From the NCBI GenBank assembly GCA_050084985.1, contig JBITNC010000001.1, forward strand, positions 203,794,001-203,858,000: 64,000 nucleotides of DNA, in the 5' to 3' direction. Positions 38,441 to 51,601 of the stretch are shown piece by piece (within the stretch, counting starts at the first letter, position 1; every line of letters begins with the position of its first letter). The DNA comes from Nageia nagi. Its lineage: Eukaryota > Plantae > Pinophyta. Position numbers and translations under genes: made by a program. The notes under the pieces are model-generated. The model had not been told where the DNA came from, ran no database searches, and worked only from the letters and a program-made list of their open reading frames with translations.

Positions 38441-41400
38441 AGTGATGATCCAAAAATGCAATCACAAGCACAAATTAGCACATTAGGATAATCCAACCCT
38501 AACGCATGGTCTAGGGCATAAAGAAATTGCATAAACAACACTATAAAGCCAATGTTGGAGCTAGGGCATCAAATACAAGCATTAACTACACAATAATGCC
38601 AACATTTGGCCAATACAAGTATACACAACAATAGGAATCCAACGCATGCACAAGAATGATATAGACAATACAAATGATGAGATCCAATGCCCTTGGCAAT
38701 ATATATATAATGCTCAATGAATACAATACCAGGCCTAGAAGAGCTGACATTGGCCTCTTAGGAGCCAACTAGGGCATAACACAATATCTGCTCTCTCTTT
38801 GGAAATTCTTTGGAACCATGGGACAGTACGCCTCCTCGGAATAAGAATCCTCTCCACCAAAAGGGCCCTCCTCAGATCTTGGATAACCACTGAAGGTAGA
38901 AGCAATACCTCGGAATACCATCGGATGGGCAAAGGTGCTACACTAGTGCCGTAGATAGACAAGATCCCTCAGTCTGAATGCCCTCTAGACGCTACGCCTA
39001 GGAAAGGTTGCTTAGCATCGCTAAGACTTTTTGTCCTCTGTACTGTGTAGAAGTAATAATAATCAAGGTATATCCAGTAATGAGATTCTAAGGATTAATA
39101 TAGCTTTCCTTGGTTCGGATTACACCTCAAAGCCATCACCCAATCCCCTCATGGCCAAACGTTGGCACCTAGGGATCAATCTAGGCTCAATGTGGGTATT
39201 TGGGCCTCCCTAATACTCCACGTGTACCCAAGAATGCATGGGTGGGCCTAGAAGGCATGCGTGGGCATCTAACGTGGCAACTTGGGTCTCATGGGCCAAT
39301 GTGGGGGTCTAGAAGTCACCCCATGGCAAGCGTAGGTGTCTAGGTGCTCCCAACCTCAACGTTGGGTCGTTAAGTGCTCATCCATCCAATACATGCTAAG
39401 TAAACCTTGGGATTCCCACAATCATGTCTCGGGATCTCCAAGTATGATAAATACACTTAATCTAACCTTAGGAGGGAGATGTCCCACTTGGGGCTCATAG
39501 TAGGGTCCATTGACCCATTAAGTCTCCTATTTTAAGTTACAATTATGAAAGTGCAAATACATAAATAAAGTATTTTACAAAGAAGAACCTTTCGGGCCCA
39601 CTAACTGAACATGGGGGACGTCACAAAGCTTCCCCTCTCGAATTGCTTTCCCTCAAGCAATAGTGGAAGACTACAACATATTGTCTTCCAAGAATCCTTC
39701 AGTCCTCGAAGATGGTGTTCAAGATGGTGGAATGCATCTTCAATATTCCTCACCCAAGGAAGCAATATGAAGTGCACTGCTGAAACTCCATGTCCATGTG
39801 TCCGTGCAACTGGCAAACACTCTGGTTTGTTGTAATTGTCACTCCTCATCGGATGCTCCAGAGCTATCCTCCATATACATGAGTGTATGCATTTAAGAGC
39901 GAAGGTGTACCTGCAAGAACCTTAAGAAAATCATATGTGAGTGTAAATAGGTAGAGCCTTTACTCCATGTGTGAGACTAGTACTCTTCAAAGCTTAACGT
40001 GGAATTCCCCAATCTCCCCATGGCTAGTGTGAAGCGAGAAACCATCTCATTCTCCAACGTAGGATATCCAACTACCAGTTGAACCCTCATCATGAAAATA
40101 GACCCCTCTAGGTCCAACATATCAGCACTGAACTCGAGTGCTTCGTGAGGGGAATGTAGCCTCCCTCATGCCCAGCATTAGGTAGCCATCATTACTGCTC
40201 CTCAACGTAGCAAACCCAGCCTTCCCAAGGCTAAACTTAGGGTGCCTGTAATATCCCAAATGAGATATTAAATCAAATATGAGTAACTTCAATAATATAA
40301 TGTACAAACTAGGGTTGTCAACACCCACAATAACACTTTCATGACACCAACGATGGGCCTTTAGGGCACCAAACGACACAAGCCTGATGTCAGCCCTTGC
40401 AGGCTTCCAGTCATGCCAATCACCCAACAAATGCTCACAATGATGGAAATACAACTAAATAACATCCACAATGGCAACATTAAAGAAAACCAACATAAAC
40501 AAATGCTACTGATACCAACGCATGCACAATAATGGAACAATGATGCTCAACGATGCCTCACACACAAATTGAATAATGCAATACTGAGATCCAATGCCCA
40601 ACGGCTTGTATTATGGTATGAGATGATAAACAATACAAACCCTAGCTCCTAGAGCTGGACATTGGCCTCCAAGGAGCCAACTAGGGCACAACAATATGAA
40701 ATCCTCACTCATATGCTGCCGAACCATGGGATAGATGCACTCCTTTAGATTCCGAATCCTCTCTACTGAAGGAGCCCTCCTCGAACCTTGGATATCCTCT
40801 GAAGGAAGAAGTGTATCCTCGAGATGCCGCCGAATGGGTTTGGTGCTCCACCAAAGCTGTAGATAGTCAGGATCCCAACGCCTACCTACCCTCTAGACGC
40901 TTTGGCTAGGAAGAGTTGCGTAGCATCGCTAAGACTTGTTGCTTGAAGGTTTGGTATAAAGTGTATAATAATCAAATGATAATGATCAGTGAGCCGTCAT
41001 GTCTATTTATATTTTACATCATGTTCGGAACTAACCTTGAAATCATCCTAGGCTCATCTAATCCAACGTTGGGGTCAAAGCGGTCAATGATGCCAATTTG
41101 GGGGTCATAATGGCCCAGTGTGCCAACATGGAGGTCATAAAGGCCCAATGTGCCAACGTGGGGGTCATAAAGGCCCATCAAGTTGACATGGGATCCTGGA
41201 GTGCTCAAGTGCCAACATGGGGGTGTGGGGCCCTCCCCAATGTTGCACAAGCATGCTAGTGTCCGTGCAATCCATAAATACATCAATACACCTCAGGCTT
41301 CCCACAATCCGAGATCTCCAACACTAGGAATCTATCCTACTACTCAGGAGGGAGACATCCCACTTGGGGCTCATAGTGGGGTCCATAGGACCCAAAAAAT

Positions 41401-44400
41401 TCCTATCCTGAGTTTACAACAATAAATTAGAAAGCACATGAAATAGATTTAATACAAGGTGACTCAACGGGTCCCATTACAGATTCAAGGGGGATGTCAC
41501 AGTGCCTAGGCTTGCAATAGCCTGACGTGGTATGCCTAGCTCTCCAGGTGCCCAACTTGAGGTGTCCAACTTCACTGAGGCTCAACATGGGGTGGCAATT
41601 CCCCCAAATGCCCAACGTAGGGTGAGACTCCCTTCCAAGGCCTAACGTTGGATGTCTTGCTCCCTCAAGACTCAACGTAGCCCCTTCTAGATTTTTGAGC
41701 TGTGACGTGGAGCATGAAAGCCCTACAATGCTCCCCATTACCTGTCGTCTCTTCTCTATTCCAAATATGACCCCATCTTCTGCTTACTCCTTCTGACACC
41801 ACTCAATCACCTCCAACCTCTTATTGTCCAATTGTGGACAATCATCTCTGATCCCCTTCAAGGTGTGAGTCTTCCCATCTATTTCGAAACTTATTGTGAG
41901 TTTTTGATAGTTGGTGTGGATATCACCCAAGTCAAATAGCCACTGCACTCCTAGAATGATATGACGATGTCCCTTCAAAGGATAGATGTAGAAGTCTTCT
42001 CTCATCTTACAACTTTGCAATCTCACACCAAACCTCTCAACGATTTGGTCCACCAACGTGAGCTTGCCATTGGCGTTGGAGACCTTAGATCCCTCAAACC
42101 CCTTGGTCTTCAGATTCTTCTTCTCTGCAAAGCCTGCATCAATGAAGTTGTGGGATCCTCCTTGATCAATCAACACCATTACATCCTGTCCACTTGCTTG
42201 TCCTACTATCTTCAACATGAGATACTTCTTCACCCCATGCAATGAAGCGATCATGCTCCCTAACGTGCCCTCAACTTGGGGTGAATCCTAATTTACAGTA
42301 TCTACCCCAATCTCCAAATCTGAATCATCGAACTCGCTTTCGAGAACACGTCTATATAATGCACCTACCCTTTTCCTTGACAACAGTGTCCTTGCTGCCA
42401 AGTCTTTTTGTAGTAAAAGCACTTGCCATCTTCTCGTAGCTTCCTCCGTGTGGATGTGTCTAGTTGGTTCGTTCTAGGCGGTGGGAAAGGTTTTGATTTG
42501 CTAGGCCCTTCCTTGTTTGCATATGCCTTCTTGGTGACTTTCCTCTATGCGTCTGTCCTCTCTTGAGAGATGTCACCATGGGCTTAAGATCATATGTTGC
42601 CTGGATTGCGTCGTCAGGGCTTCTAGGAGAGGATACCTTGACCATCCGTTGCAATGGCTCCATCAACCCATCAATGAAGAGAAATGTCAACCTCTCTTCA
42701 CGAATATGGTGAATCATGACAACAATCCTCTAAAACTTTGTTACATAATCATCCACCTCTTCTTGCTGCTTCAATGTGGTTAGATCTCGGAAGTAATCAT
42801 TCTCCTTCTTCTAGTCGAACCTCTTGACCAACCGTCTGGCAAACTCATTAAAAGAAGTAATGAGAGAATATCCTTTGTTGATCACTCCATGTTGCCACCA
42901 CTCTAAAGCATCTCCCTCGAAATGCACTGATGCGAAATGAATCACATCATTCTCCACCATGTTAGTGCTTAGGGTGAAATACGTTTATAATTGTTGCAGC
43001 CATGCCCTAGCTGTCATATTTTTTCCATCGAACATTTGCACCTTCATTTTACTGATCTTATGATGCAGATTCTTCTTGTCATCCCACGAACTACTGGAAT
43101 TGTGTGGGCCATGTAAGCTGCTTCCCTTCAACCCTAAAATCTACAGGTAGCCCTTGAAATTCACATCTCTCCTCAACCTTGGGTCTAACATGGAATATTC
43201 TTTGAAGATTTTATTGAACTCCAAAGGGCCAACAACTCTGTTCTTCGTCACCTCCTCAGACTTCTATGCAAACATGGGCTTGGACGGTTTTGGAATAATC
43301 GAATGCTCCTCTATCCTGCCAACATCCTCCTCCAGGTATCTCCTTAGGAGAGGGTTTGTACCATGAGGTGGTTGATCCCACAAACTTCGAGATCTCCTCA
43401 TGCTCGGCTCCGGATCTGCCCTATCCTCTTCATATGGCTTCTCTCTATCATCTCTGATATGAAGTGGGGCCTCTCTGTCACCCCTGGTGTGATGTGGGGT
43501 CTCCCTCTCATCCTATTGTGCGTCTCGATCATCTTTGACATGACGTGGGGGGGTATGTTGCCTCTCAGGTTCCTCAAGGACACCAAAATGCCTATCCATT
43601 TGCCGTTTCATGGACGTCATCACTTCGGCCATGTTGTGGATAGCCAAAATGAGCTCGTCAAACTTCCATTCGGGGGTGGATTCCAGAACTAGAGTTGAGC
43701 TCCTCCTCTTGGCGCCTCTCTATCTCTCTTCTTGTGCCTCCCCTTGACCTTCGATTTTCTCTCATTTGGCAACTTATTCATTCATGGCCTTCTATCCTCC
43801 TCATGGATGGATATATCAGGCACGTTTTCAGTGTGTGATCTTCCGCTTTTCCTAGCGGATGCCATCTCTCTCCGAGTGCTAGATCTGGTGTAGTAGCGGT
43901 GTACTACAGGTTTCATGCATAGGTTGGCCAGATCCAAGCTTTGATACCACTTATGATTATCCAAAAATGCAATCTCAAGCACAAATTAGCACATTTTAAT
44001 AATCCAACCCTGACGTTTGGTTTAGGGAATCCAAAAATTGCATAAACAACACTACAAAGCTAACGTTCGAGCCAGGGCATCAAAAACAAGCATTAACTAC
44101 ACAATAATGCCAATGTTTGGTCAATACAAGTATACACAACAATAGTAAGTCAACACATGCACAAGAATGATATAAACAATACAAATAATGAGATACAATG
44201 CCCGTGGCAATATATATAATGCTCAATGCTCAATGAATACAATACTAGGTGCAGAAGGGATGACATTGGTCTCTCAGGAGCCAACTAGAGCAGAATGCAA
44301 TATCTGCTCTCACTCTAGAAATACTTTGGAACCATGGGATAGTATGTCTCCTCAGAATAAGACTCCTCCCATCGAAGGGCCCTCCTCAGATCCTAGATAA

Positions 44401-45114
44401 CCATCGAAGGTAGAAGCAATACCTTGGAATACCACCGGATGTGCAAAGGTGCTACACCAGTGTCGTAGACAGACAAGATCCCTCAGCCTGAGTGCCCTTT
44501 AGATGCTACGCCTAGGAAAGGTTGCTTAGCACTATTAAGACTTGTTGTCCTCTGGACTGTGTATAAGTAATAATAACCAATGTATATCCAGTAATTTGGC
44601 TTCAAGGATTAATATAGCTTTCCTTGGACTGAATTACACCTCAAAGTCATCATGTAATCCCCTCATGATCCAACGTTGGCACCTAGGATTGGGCCTCCCT
44701 TATGCTCCACATGGACCCAAGAATGCATGCGTGGGTCTAGAAGGCATGCATAGGCATCAAAGGGGGCAAAGTGGGTCTCATGGGCCAATGTGGGGTTCTA
44801 GAAGTCATCCCATTGCTGGTGCAGGTGTCTAGGTGGTCCCAACCTCAACATTGGGTCATTAAGTGCTCATCCGTCCAATACATGCTAAATAAACCTTGGG
44901 ATTCCCACAATCATTTCTTAAGATCTCCAAGTATGATAAATACACCTAATCTAACCTTAGGAGGGAGATGTCCCACTTGGGGCTCACAGTGGGGTCCATT
45001 GACCCATTAAGTCTCCTATCCTAAGTTACAATTATGAAAATGCAAATACATAAATAAAGTATCTTACAAACAAGAACCTTTTGGGCCCACTAATTGAACA
45101 AGGGGGACGTAACA
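38441..45114 (-). mobile_element. Element E: gag+protease-only gypsy element (3' LTR 38441-39625, 5' LTR 43952-45114)
   Basis: TSD TGCAT/TGCGT; PBS GCTTTGATACCA (43938-43949, minus); PPT after 39625. Gag-like W..GV and aspartic protease VLIDQGGSHNFID (41784-42254). No RT, RH or IN. Confidence 0.9.
40247..41501 (-). mobile_element. Solo LTR S5 inserted in element E
   Basis: TGTAATATCCC...GGGGGATGTCACA; perfect TSD GTGCC. Confidence 0.92.
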
Positions 45115-45629
45115 TGCGTTAAATGCTGATAACAATGAGATAGTTGTTGTACTCTTTGCTCATGACTTTGGGACTAATATACGCTCAGTAAAGGCTGAAC
45201 TTACTGTTGATGCAAGAGGGACTGTTGAAGATGATATAAGGAACATTTTTCACTTGATAGGGGTTCCCTATGATGAGGGAATATCTGCTATCACAAGCAT
45301 AAATACAGGAACAAATTATGTTTGGATTTGATGTTTTGTTAGAAGCTGTATGTAGACAGAAAATAAGGTCTGCGTTTGATATTCAAAGACTAATGGTTAT
45401 TTGGAAATTCCTTTCCTCACTAGCCAAGGACATTTTAGACCCCAATGTGGGAGTCGAAAAGCTTGTCCTTAGTAAAGAGTATATGTCTACTACTTACACT
45501 AATAACTTCGGCCCCATGTTCCTGTTTGAAACCCCACACTTGCTGAGTTTTGTGATGGACTTGTCATTTTCAGTTTAATAGTTGATGGTGCCTTGAGGAA
45601 CCATAAAGTTGTTGTCCTTTGGTGCTCAA

Positions 45630-48600
45630 TGTGATGATCCAAAATGCAACTCAAGCTCAAACTAACAATTTTAAACCATCAATCATTGATGTTAGGCCTA
45701 GAGTATCAAACACAAGCATATAAACCCTTAAGATGGATATGTTAGGGTTAAGGCATCCAAATCAAGCTGACACAATGCAAACAAGCCAACGTGTGAGCTA
45801 GGGTTACAATATTAAACATTCACAACATCCAATCTCCAACGTCTAGCTAGTACATGCAATAAACAATAAATAATGCTCCACAATGCCAATTTATGGCCAA
45901 TACAAGTACACACAGCAATAGCAATCCAATGCATGCAGAAGAAAGGTATAGACAATACAAAATATGAGATCCAATGCCCTTGGTAGTATATTAAATGTAC
46001 AATGCTCAACAAATACAATACCAAGTCCAAGAGGGTTGACGTTGGTCTCTCATATGCCAACTAGGGCATAACACAATATCTACCCTCTCTGGAAATACTC
46101 TGGAACCATGGGATAGTACGCCTCCTCAGAATAAGAATCCTCCTTATTGAACGGGCGCTCCTTAGATCCTTGATAAGCATTGAAGGTAGAAGCAATACCT
46201 CGGAATGCCATTGGATGGGCAAAGGTGCTACACCAATGCCGTAGAAAGACAAGATCCCTCAGCCTGAATGCCCTCTAGATGCTGCGCCTAGGAAAAGGTT
46301 GCTTAGCACCGCTAAGACTTGGTGTCCTTTGGACTTTGTAGAAGTAAGAATAATCATTGTATATCCAGTAATGAGCCTCCAAGGATTAATATAGCCTTCC
46401 TTGGTCCGAATTACACCTCAAAGTCATCACCTAATCCGCTCATGGTTAAACGTTGGCACCTAGGAATCAATTCAGTCTCAACGTGGGTATCTGGGCCTCT
46501 TTGATGCTCCATGTGGACCTAGGAATGCATGCATGGGTCTAGAAGGTAGGTATGGGCACCTCTGGGGGTAACATGGGTCTCATGAGCAACCATGGGGTAT
46601 TGGCATCTAAGGGGGTAACGTGGGTCTCATGAGCAACCATGGGGGTCTAGAAGTCACCCCATGGCTGGCACAGGTGTTTATGTGCTCCTAACCTCAACGT
46701 TGGATCATTAAGTGCTCATCCGTCCAATACATGCTAAATAAACCTTCAAATTCCCACAATCATGTCTCGGGATCTCCAAGTATGATAAATACACCTAATC
46801 TAACCTTAGGAGGGAGATGTCCCACTTGGGGCTCATAGTGGTGTCCATTTACCCATTAAGTCTCCTATCCTAAGTTACAATTATGAAAGTGCAAATACAT
46901 AAATAAAGTATGCTACAAAGAGGAACCTTTCGGACCTATTAATTGAACAAGGGGGATGTCACAAAGCCTCCCCTCTTGAATTGCTTGCGCTCAAGCAATG
47001 GTGGAAGACTACAACATATTGTCTTGCAAGAATCCTTCAGTCTTGGAAGCTAGTATTCATGATGGTGGAATGCAACTTCAATATTCCTTGCCCAAGGCAA
47101 CAATATGAAGTGCGTTGCTGACACTCTACGTCCATGTGTCAATGCAACTGGCAAATACTCTAGTTTGCTAGTAGCGAAGGTGTACCTGCAAGAACCTTAA
47201 GAAAATCATATGTGAGTGTAAACAGGTAGAGCCTTTGCTCCATGTGTGAGGCTAATACTCCTTAGAGCTCAATGTGGAATCCCACAAACTCCCCATGGCT
47301 AGTGTCGAGCAAGAAACCATCTCATTCTCCAATGTAGAATATCCAACTGCTAGTTGGGTCATCAGCATGGGGATAGATTTTTCAAGGTCCAATGTGTCAG
47401 TACCTAGCTCAAGGATGCTCTACAAGGGAAATGCAGCCTCCCTCATACCCAACGTTAGGTAGCCATCATCACTGCTCCTCAACGTGGCTAGCCAAACCTC
47501 CCAAAGACTCAACATAGGATGCCTAAGCTCCCAAAAGATGGATGTGGCATGCCTAGCCCTCCAGATGTCCAATGTGGGTTGTGTATTACTCCTAGAACTC
47601 AACATCAGGTGGTCATCATCCGAAATACCCAACGTGGGATACCTACCCTCCCCATGGCTTAATGTCAGGTAACGTGTTCTAGATGCTTGACGTGGGGTGT
47701 CCATCCTTCTTGAGGCTCAACGTGAGATATGGGACCTCCCCAATGCCTCCCATCTCTTGCTCTCTCCACATGGACCCATCTTCTGCTTTCTCCTTCTCTT
47801 GACACCACTCTATCACCTCTAGTCTCTTATTGTCCATTTGTGGACAATCATCTTTGATACCTTGCAAAGTATGTCTCTTCCCATCAATTTCGAAACTCAT
47901 TGTAAGTTTTTTATAATTGATGTGGATATCACCCAAATCAAATAGCTACTACACTCCTAAGATGCTATGAGGATGTCCCTTCAGAGGATAAATGTAGAAA
48001 TCTTCCCTCACTGTACAACTCTACAATCTCACACCAAACCTCTCCAGTATGTGGTCCACCAATGTGAGCTTCCCGTTGGTGTTGGAAACCTTGAATCCAT
48101 CAAATCCTTTGGTCTTCAGGTTCTTCTTCTCAACAAAGCCTGCATCAATGAAGTTGTGGAATGCTCGTGGATCAATCAAGACCATCACATGTTGTGCTCC
48201 TGCTTGCCCCATGATTTTTAGAGTGAGATACTTCTTTACTCCATGTAGTGAAGCAATCATGCTTCCCAATGTACCCTCAACCTGAGGTGAATCCTGATCT
48301 AGGGTATCTACCCCAATCTCTAGATTCGAATCGTCTGATTCACCTTTTGAAAACACCTCTATATAATGCACCTGTCCTTTGCCTTGGCAACGATGACCTG
48401 GCTCCCAAGTTTTCTTGCAGTAGAAGCACGTGCCTTCCTCTCCTAACTTTCTCCATGTGGCTACTTTCGACTTATTTGTTCTAGGTGGGGGAGGGGTTTG
48501 GCCTTGCTAGGCCCTTCTCTATCTGTAATTGTATTCCGATTGATAGGCCCCATGTACGTCTACCCTTCCTTGAGAGATTTTACTGTGGTCTCGAGGTCAT

Positions 48601-51600
48601 ATGCCACTCGAATAGCATCATTGAGGTTTTTGGGGTAAATACCTTAACCATCCCCAGCAATGGCTCCATCAACCCCTCAATGAAGAGAAATATCTATATT
48701 TCCTTAGGAATATGGTGGGTCATGATGACAATCCTCTAAAAGTTTGTCACATAATGGTTCACGTACCTAGCTGCCTCAACGATGTAAGATCTCGAAAGTA
48801 GTCATTTTCCTTCTTCCTATCGAACCGCTTGACCAACCATTTGGCAAACTCATCAAAAGAGGTGATGGGAGAATACCCTTGGCTGATCACCCCATGTTGC
48901 CACCACTCAAAGGCATCTCCATCAAAATGCAACAATGCAAAATGAATCATATCCTCCTCCACCATGTTAGGGCTAAGGGTGAAATAGGTTTGCAATTGAT
49001 GTAAGCATGCCCTATCTGTCATCTTTTTTCCATCAAACATCTGCACCTGCATCTTACTAATCTTATGCTGCAGGTCCTTGTCATCCCCTAAACTGCTGAA
49101 ATTTCATGGGCCATGTAAACTGCTTCCCTTCACCCCTAAGATCTCCAGGTAGCTGTTGAAGTTCACATCTCTCCTCAACCCTGGATCTAGGATGGAATAT
49201 TCCCTTAAGATCTGATTCAACTCCAAATGGCCAAGAACTCTACTCTTTGTCACCTCCCCAAACTTCTACGCAAACATGGGCTTGGATAGTTTTGGATAAC
49301 TGGCTCGTCCTCTATCCTGCCAATGTCCTCCTCCAGGTATCTTCGTAGGAGAGGGTTTGTTCTTTGGGTGCTCGGTGTGAGTTGGACCTCAAGAATGTGG
49401 CCTTTGGATGTCCCATTGACCCATGGTGGGTTGACTCCTGATCCCTCAAACTCCGAGATCTCCTCATTCTTGGTTCTCGATCCGCCCTATCCTCCTCGTG
49501 TGGCTCCTCTTTGTCATCTCGTGTATGACGTGAGGCCTCTCTATCAACTTTGGTGTGATGTGGGGTCTCCCTCTCATCTCTCGTGTGTTGTGGAATCTCT
49601 TGGTCATCCCTGATGTGATGTGGTGCCTCCTAGTCATCCTTGGCATCACGTGGGGGGGTATGTTGCCCCTCAGGCTCCTCATGAATACCCAAATGCTTGT
49701 TTAACTGCCGCTACATGGAAGTCATCACTTCGATCATTTTGTGGATAGTTGAAATGAGCTCGTCAAATTTTCTTTCAAGGGTGGATACCCGAATTGGAGT
49801 CAAACTCCTCATCCTAGTAGTTTGTGGTCTCTCTTTTTGTACCTCTCCCTCATCCTCGAATGCTTCTTTTTTCGGTATTTCATCCATCCAGGGCCTTTGA
49901 TCCTCCTCCTGGACGACTCTAGAAGGTGCCTCTTGTGTGTGTGATTTTCCGCTTTTTATAGTAGATGCCATCTCTCTACGAGTGTTGGATTTGGTGTAGT
50001 AACGGTGTACTGTTGGTCTCAAATTTTCTTTCAAGGGTGGATACCCAAATTGGAGTCAAACTCCTCATCCTAGTAGTTTGTGGTCTCTCTTTTTGTACCT
50101 CTCCCTCATCCTCGAATGCTTCTTTTTTCGGTATTTCATCCATCCAGGGCCTTTGATCCTCCTCCTGGACGACTCTAGAAGGTGCCTCTTGTGTGTGTGA
50201 TTTTCCACTTTTTATAGCAGACGCCATCTCTCTACGAGTGTTGGATTTGGTGTAGTAACGGTGTACTGTTGGTCTCATGCACAGGCTGGCCAAATCCAAG
50301 ATCTGATACCACTTGAGATGATCCAAAATGCAACTCAAGCTCAAACTAACAATTTCGAACCATCAATCCTTGACGTCAGGCCTAGAGTATCAAACACAAG
50401 CATATAAACCCTCAAGATAACAACATTAGGGTTAGGGCATCCAAATCAAGCTGACACAATGCAAACAAGCCAACGTGTGAGCTAGGGTTACAATATTAAG
50501 CATTCACAACATCCAATCCCCAACGTCTAGCTAGTACATGCAATAAACAATAAATAATGCTCCACAATGCCAATGTATGGCCAATACAAGTATACACAAC
50601 AATAGCAATCCAATGCATGCACAAGAAAGGTATAGATAATACAAAATATGAGATCCAATGCCCTTGGCGGTATATTGAATGTACAATGCTCAACAAATTC
50701 AATACCAAGCCCAAGAGGGCTGATGTTGGTCTCTCAGGAGCCAACTAGGGCATGACACAATATCTACTCTCTCTCTGGAAATACTCTGGAACTATGGGAT
50801 AGTACGCCTCCTCAGAATAAGAATCCTCCTTACCGAAGGGGCCCTCCTCAGATCTTGGATAACCATCGAAGGTAGAAGCAATACGTTGGAATACCACTGG
50901 ATGGGAAAAGGTTCTACACCAGTTCCATAGACAGATAGGATCCCTTAGCCTGAATGCCTTGTAGATGCTGCACTTAGGAAATGTTGCTTAGAATCGCTAA
51001 GACTTGGTGTCCTTTGGACTGTGTAAAAGTAATAATAATCAATGTATATCCAGTAATGAGCTTTCAAGGATTAATATAGCCTTCCTTGGTCTAGATTACA
51101 CCTCAAAGTCATCATCTAATCCCCTTATGGTCCAATGTTGGCACCTAGGAATCAATCTAGGCTCAATGTGGGTATCTGGGCCTCCCTTATGCTCAATGTG
51201 GACCCAGGAATGCATGCATGGGTCTAGAAGGCATGCGTGGGCATCTAAGGGCGAAACTTGGGTCGCATGGGGCCAATGTGGGGGTCTAGAAGTCACCCCA
51301 TGGTTGGGTCAAGTGTTTAGGGGCTCCCAACCTCAACGTTGGGTCATTAAGTGCTCATCCGTCCAATACATGCTAAATAAACGTTGGGATTCCCACAATC
51401 ATGTCTTGGGATCTCCAAGTATGATAAATACACCTAATCTAACTTTAGGAGGGAGACTTCCCACTTGGGGCTCATAGTGGGGTCCATTGACCCATTAAGT
51501 CTCCTATCCTAAGTTACAATTTTTAAAGTGCAAATACATAAATAAAGTATATTACAAAGAGGAACCTTTCGGAGCCACTACTGAACATGGGGGACATCAC

Positions 51601-51601
51601 A
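45630..51601 (-). mobile_element. Element F: gag+protease-only gypsy element (3' LTR 45630-46963, 5' LTR 50314-51601)
   Basis: TSD CTCAA/CTCAT; PBS GATCTGATACCA (50300-50311, minus). Gag FDGKK...HFDGDAFEWWQHGV (48759-49052); protease VLIDPRAFHNFID (48021-48371). No RT, RH or IN. Confidence 0.9.
49763..50277. repeat. 256-bp near-perfect tandem duplication at the gag 5' end of element F
   Basis: Unit beginning TCAAATTTTCTTTCAAGGG occurs at 49763 and 50019, with few substitutions and TCA microhomology at the junction. Confidence 0.92.

Noticed and set aside
45120-45330. Ankyrin-like look of ALNADNNEIVVVLFAHDFGTNIR inside element D
   Set aside because: A single weak match lacking TPLH. After removing E it is not in frame with the upstream LLLH.
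50496-51477. Recurrent similar short ORFs (MAPERPTSALLG..., MVSFGLCKSNNNQ..., MAPWRPTSSS...) seen many times in the ORF track
   Set aside because: They are translations of the same non-coding 1.2-kb LTR family on both strands, with inconsistent starts and stops.
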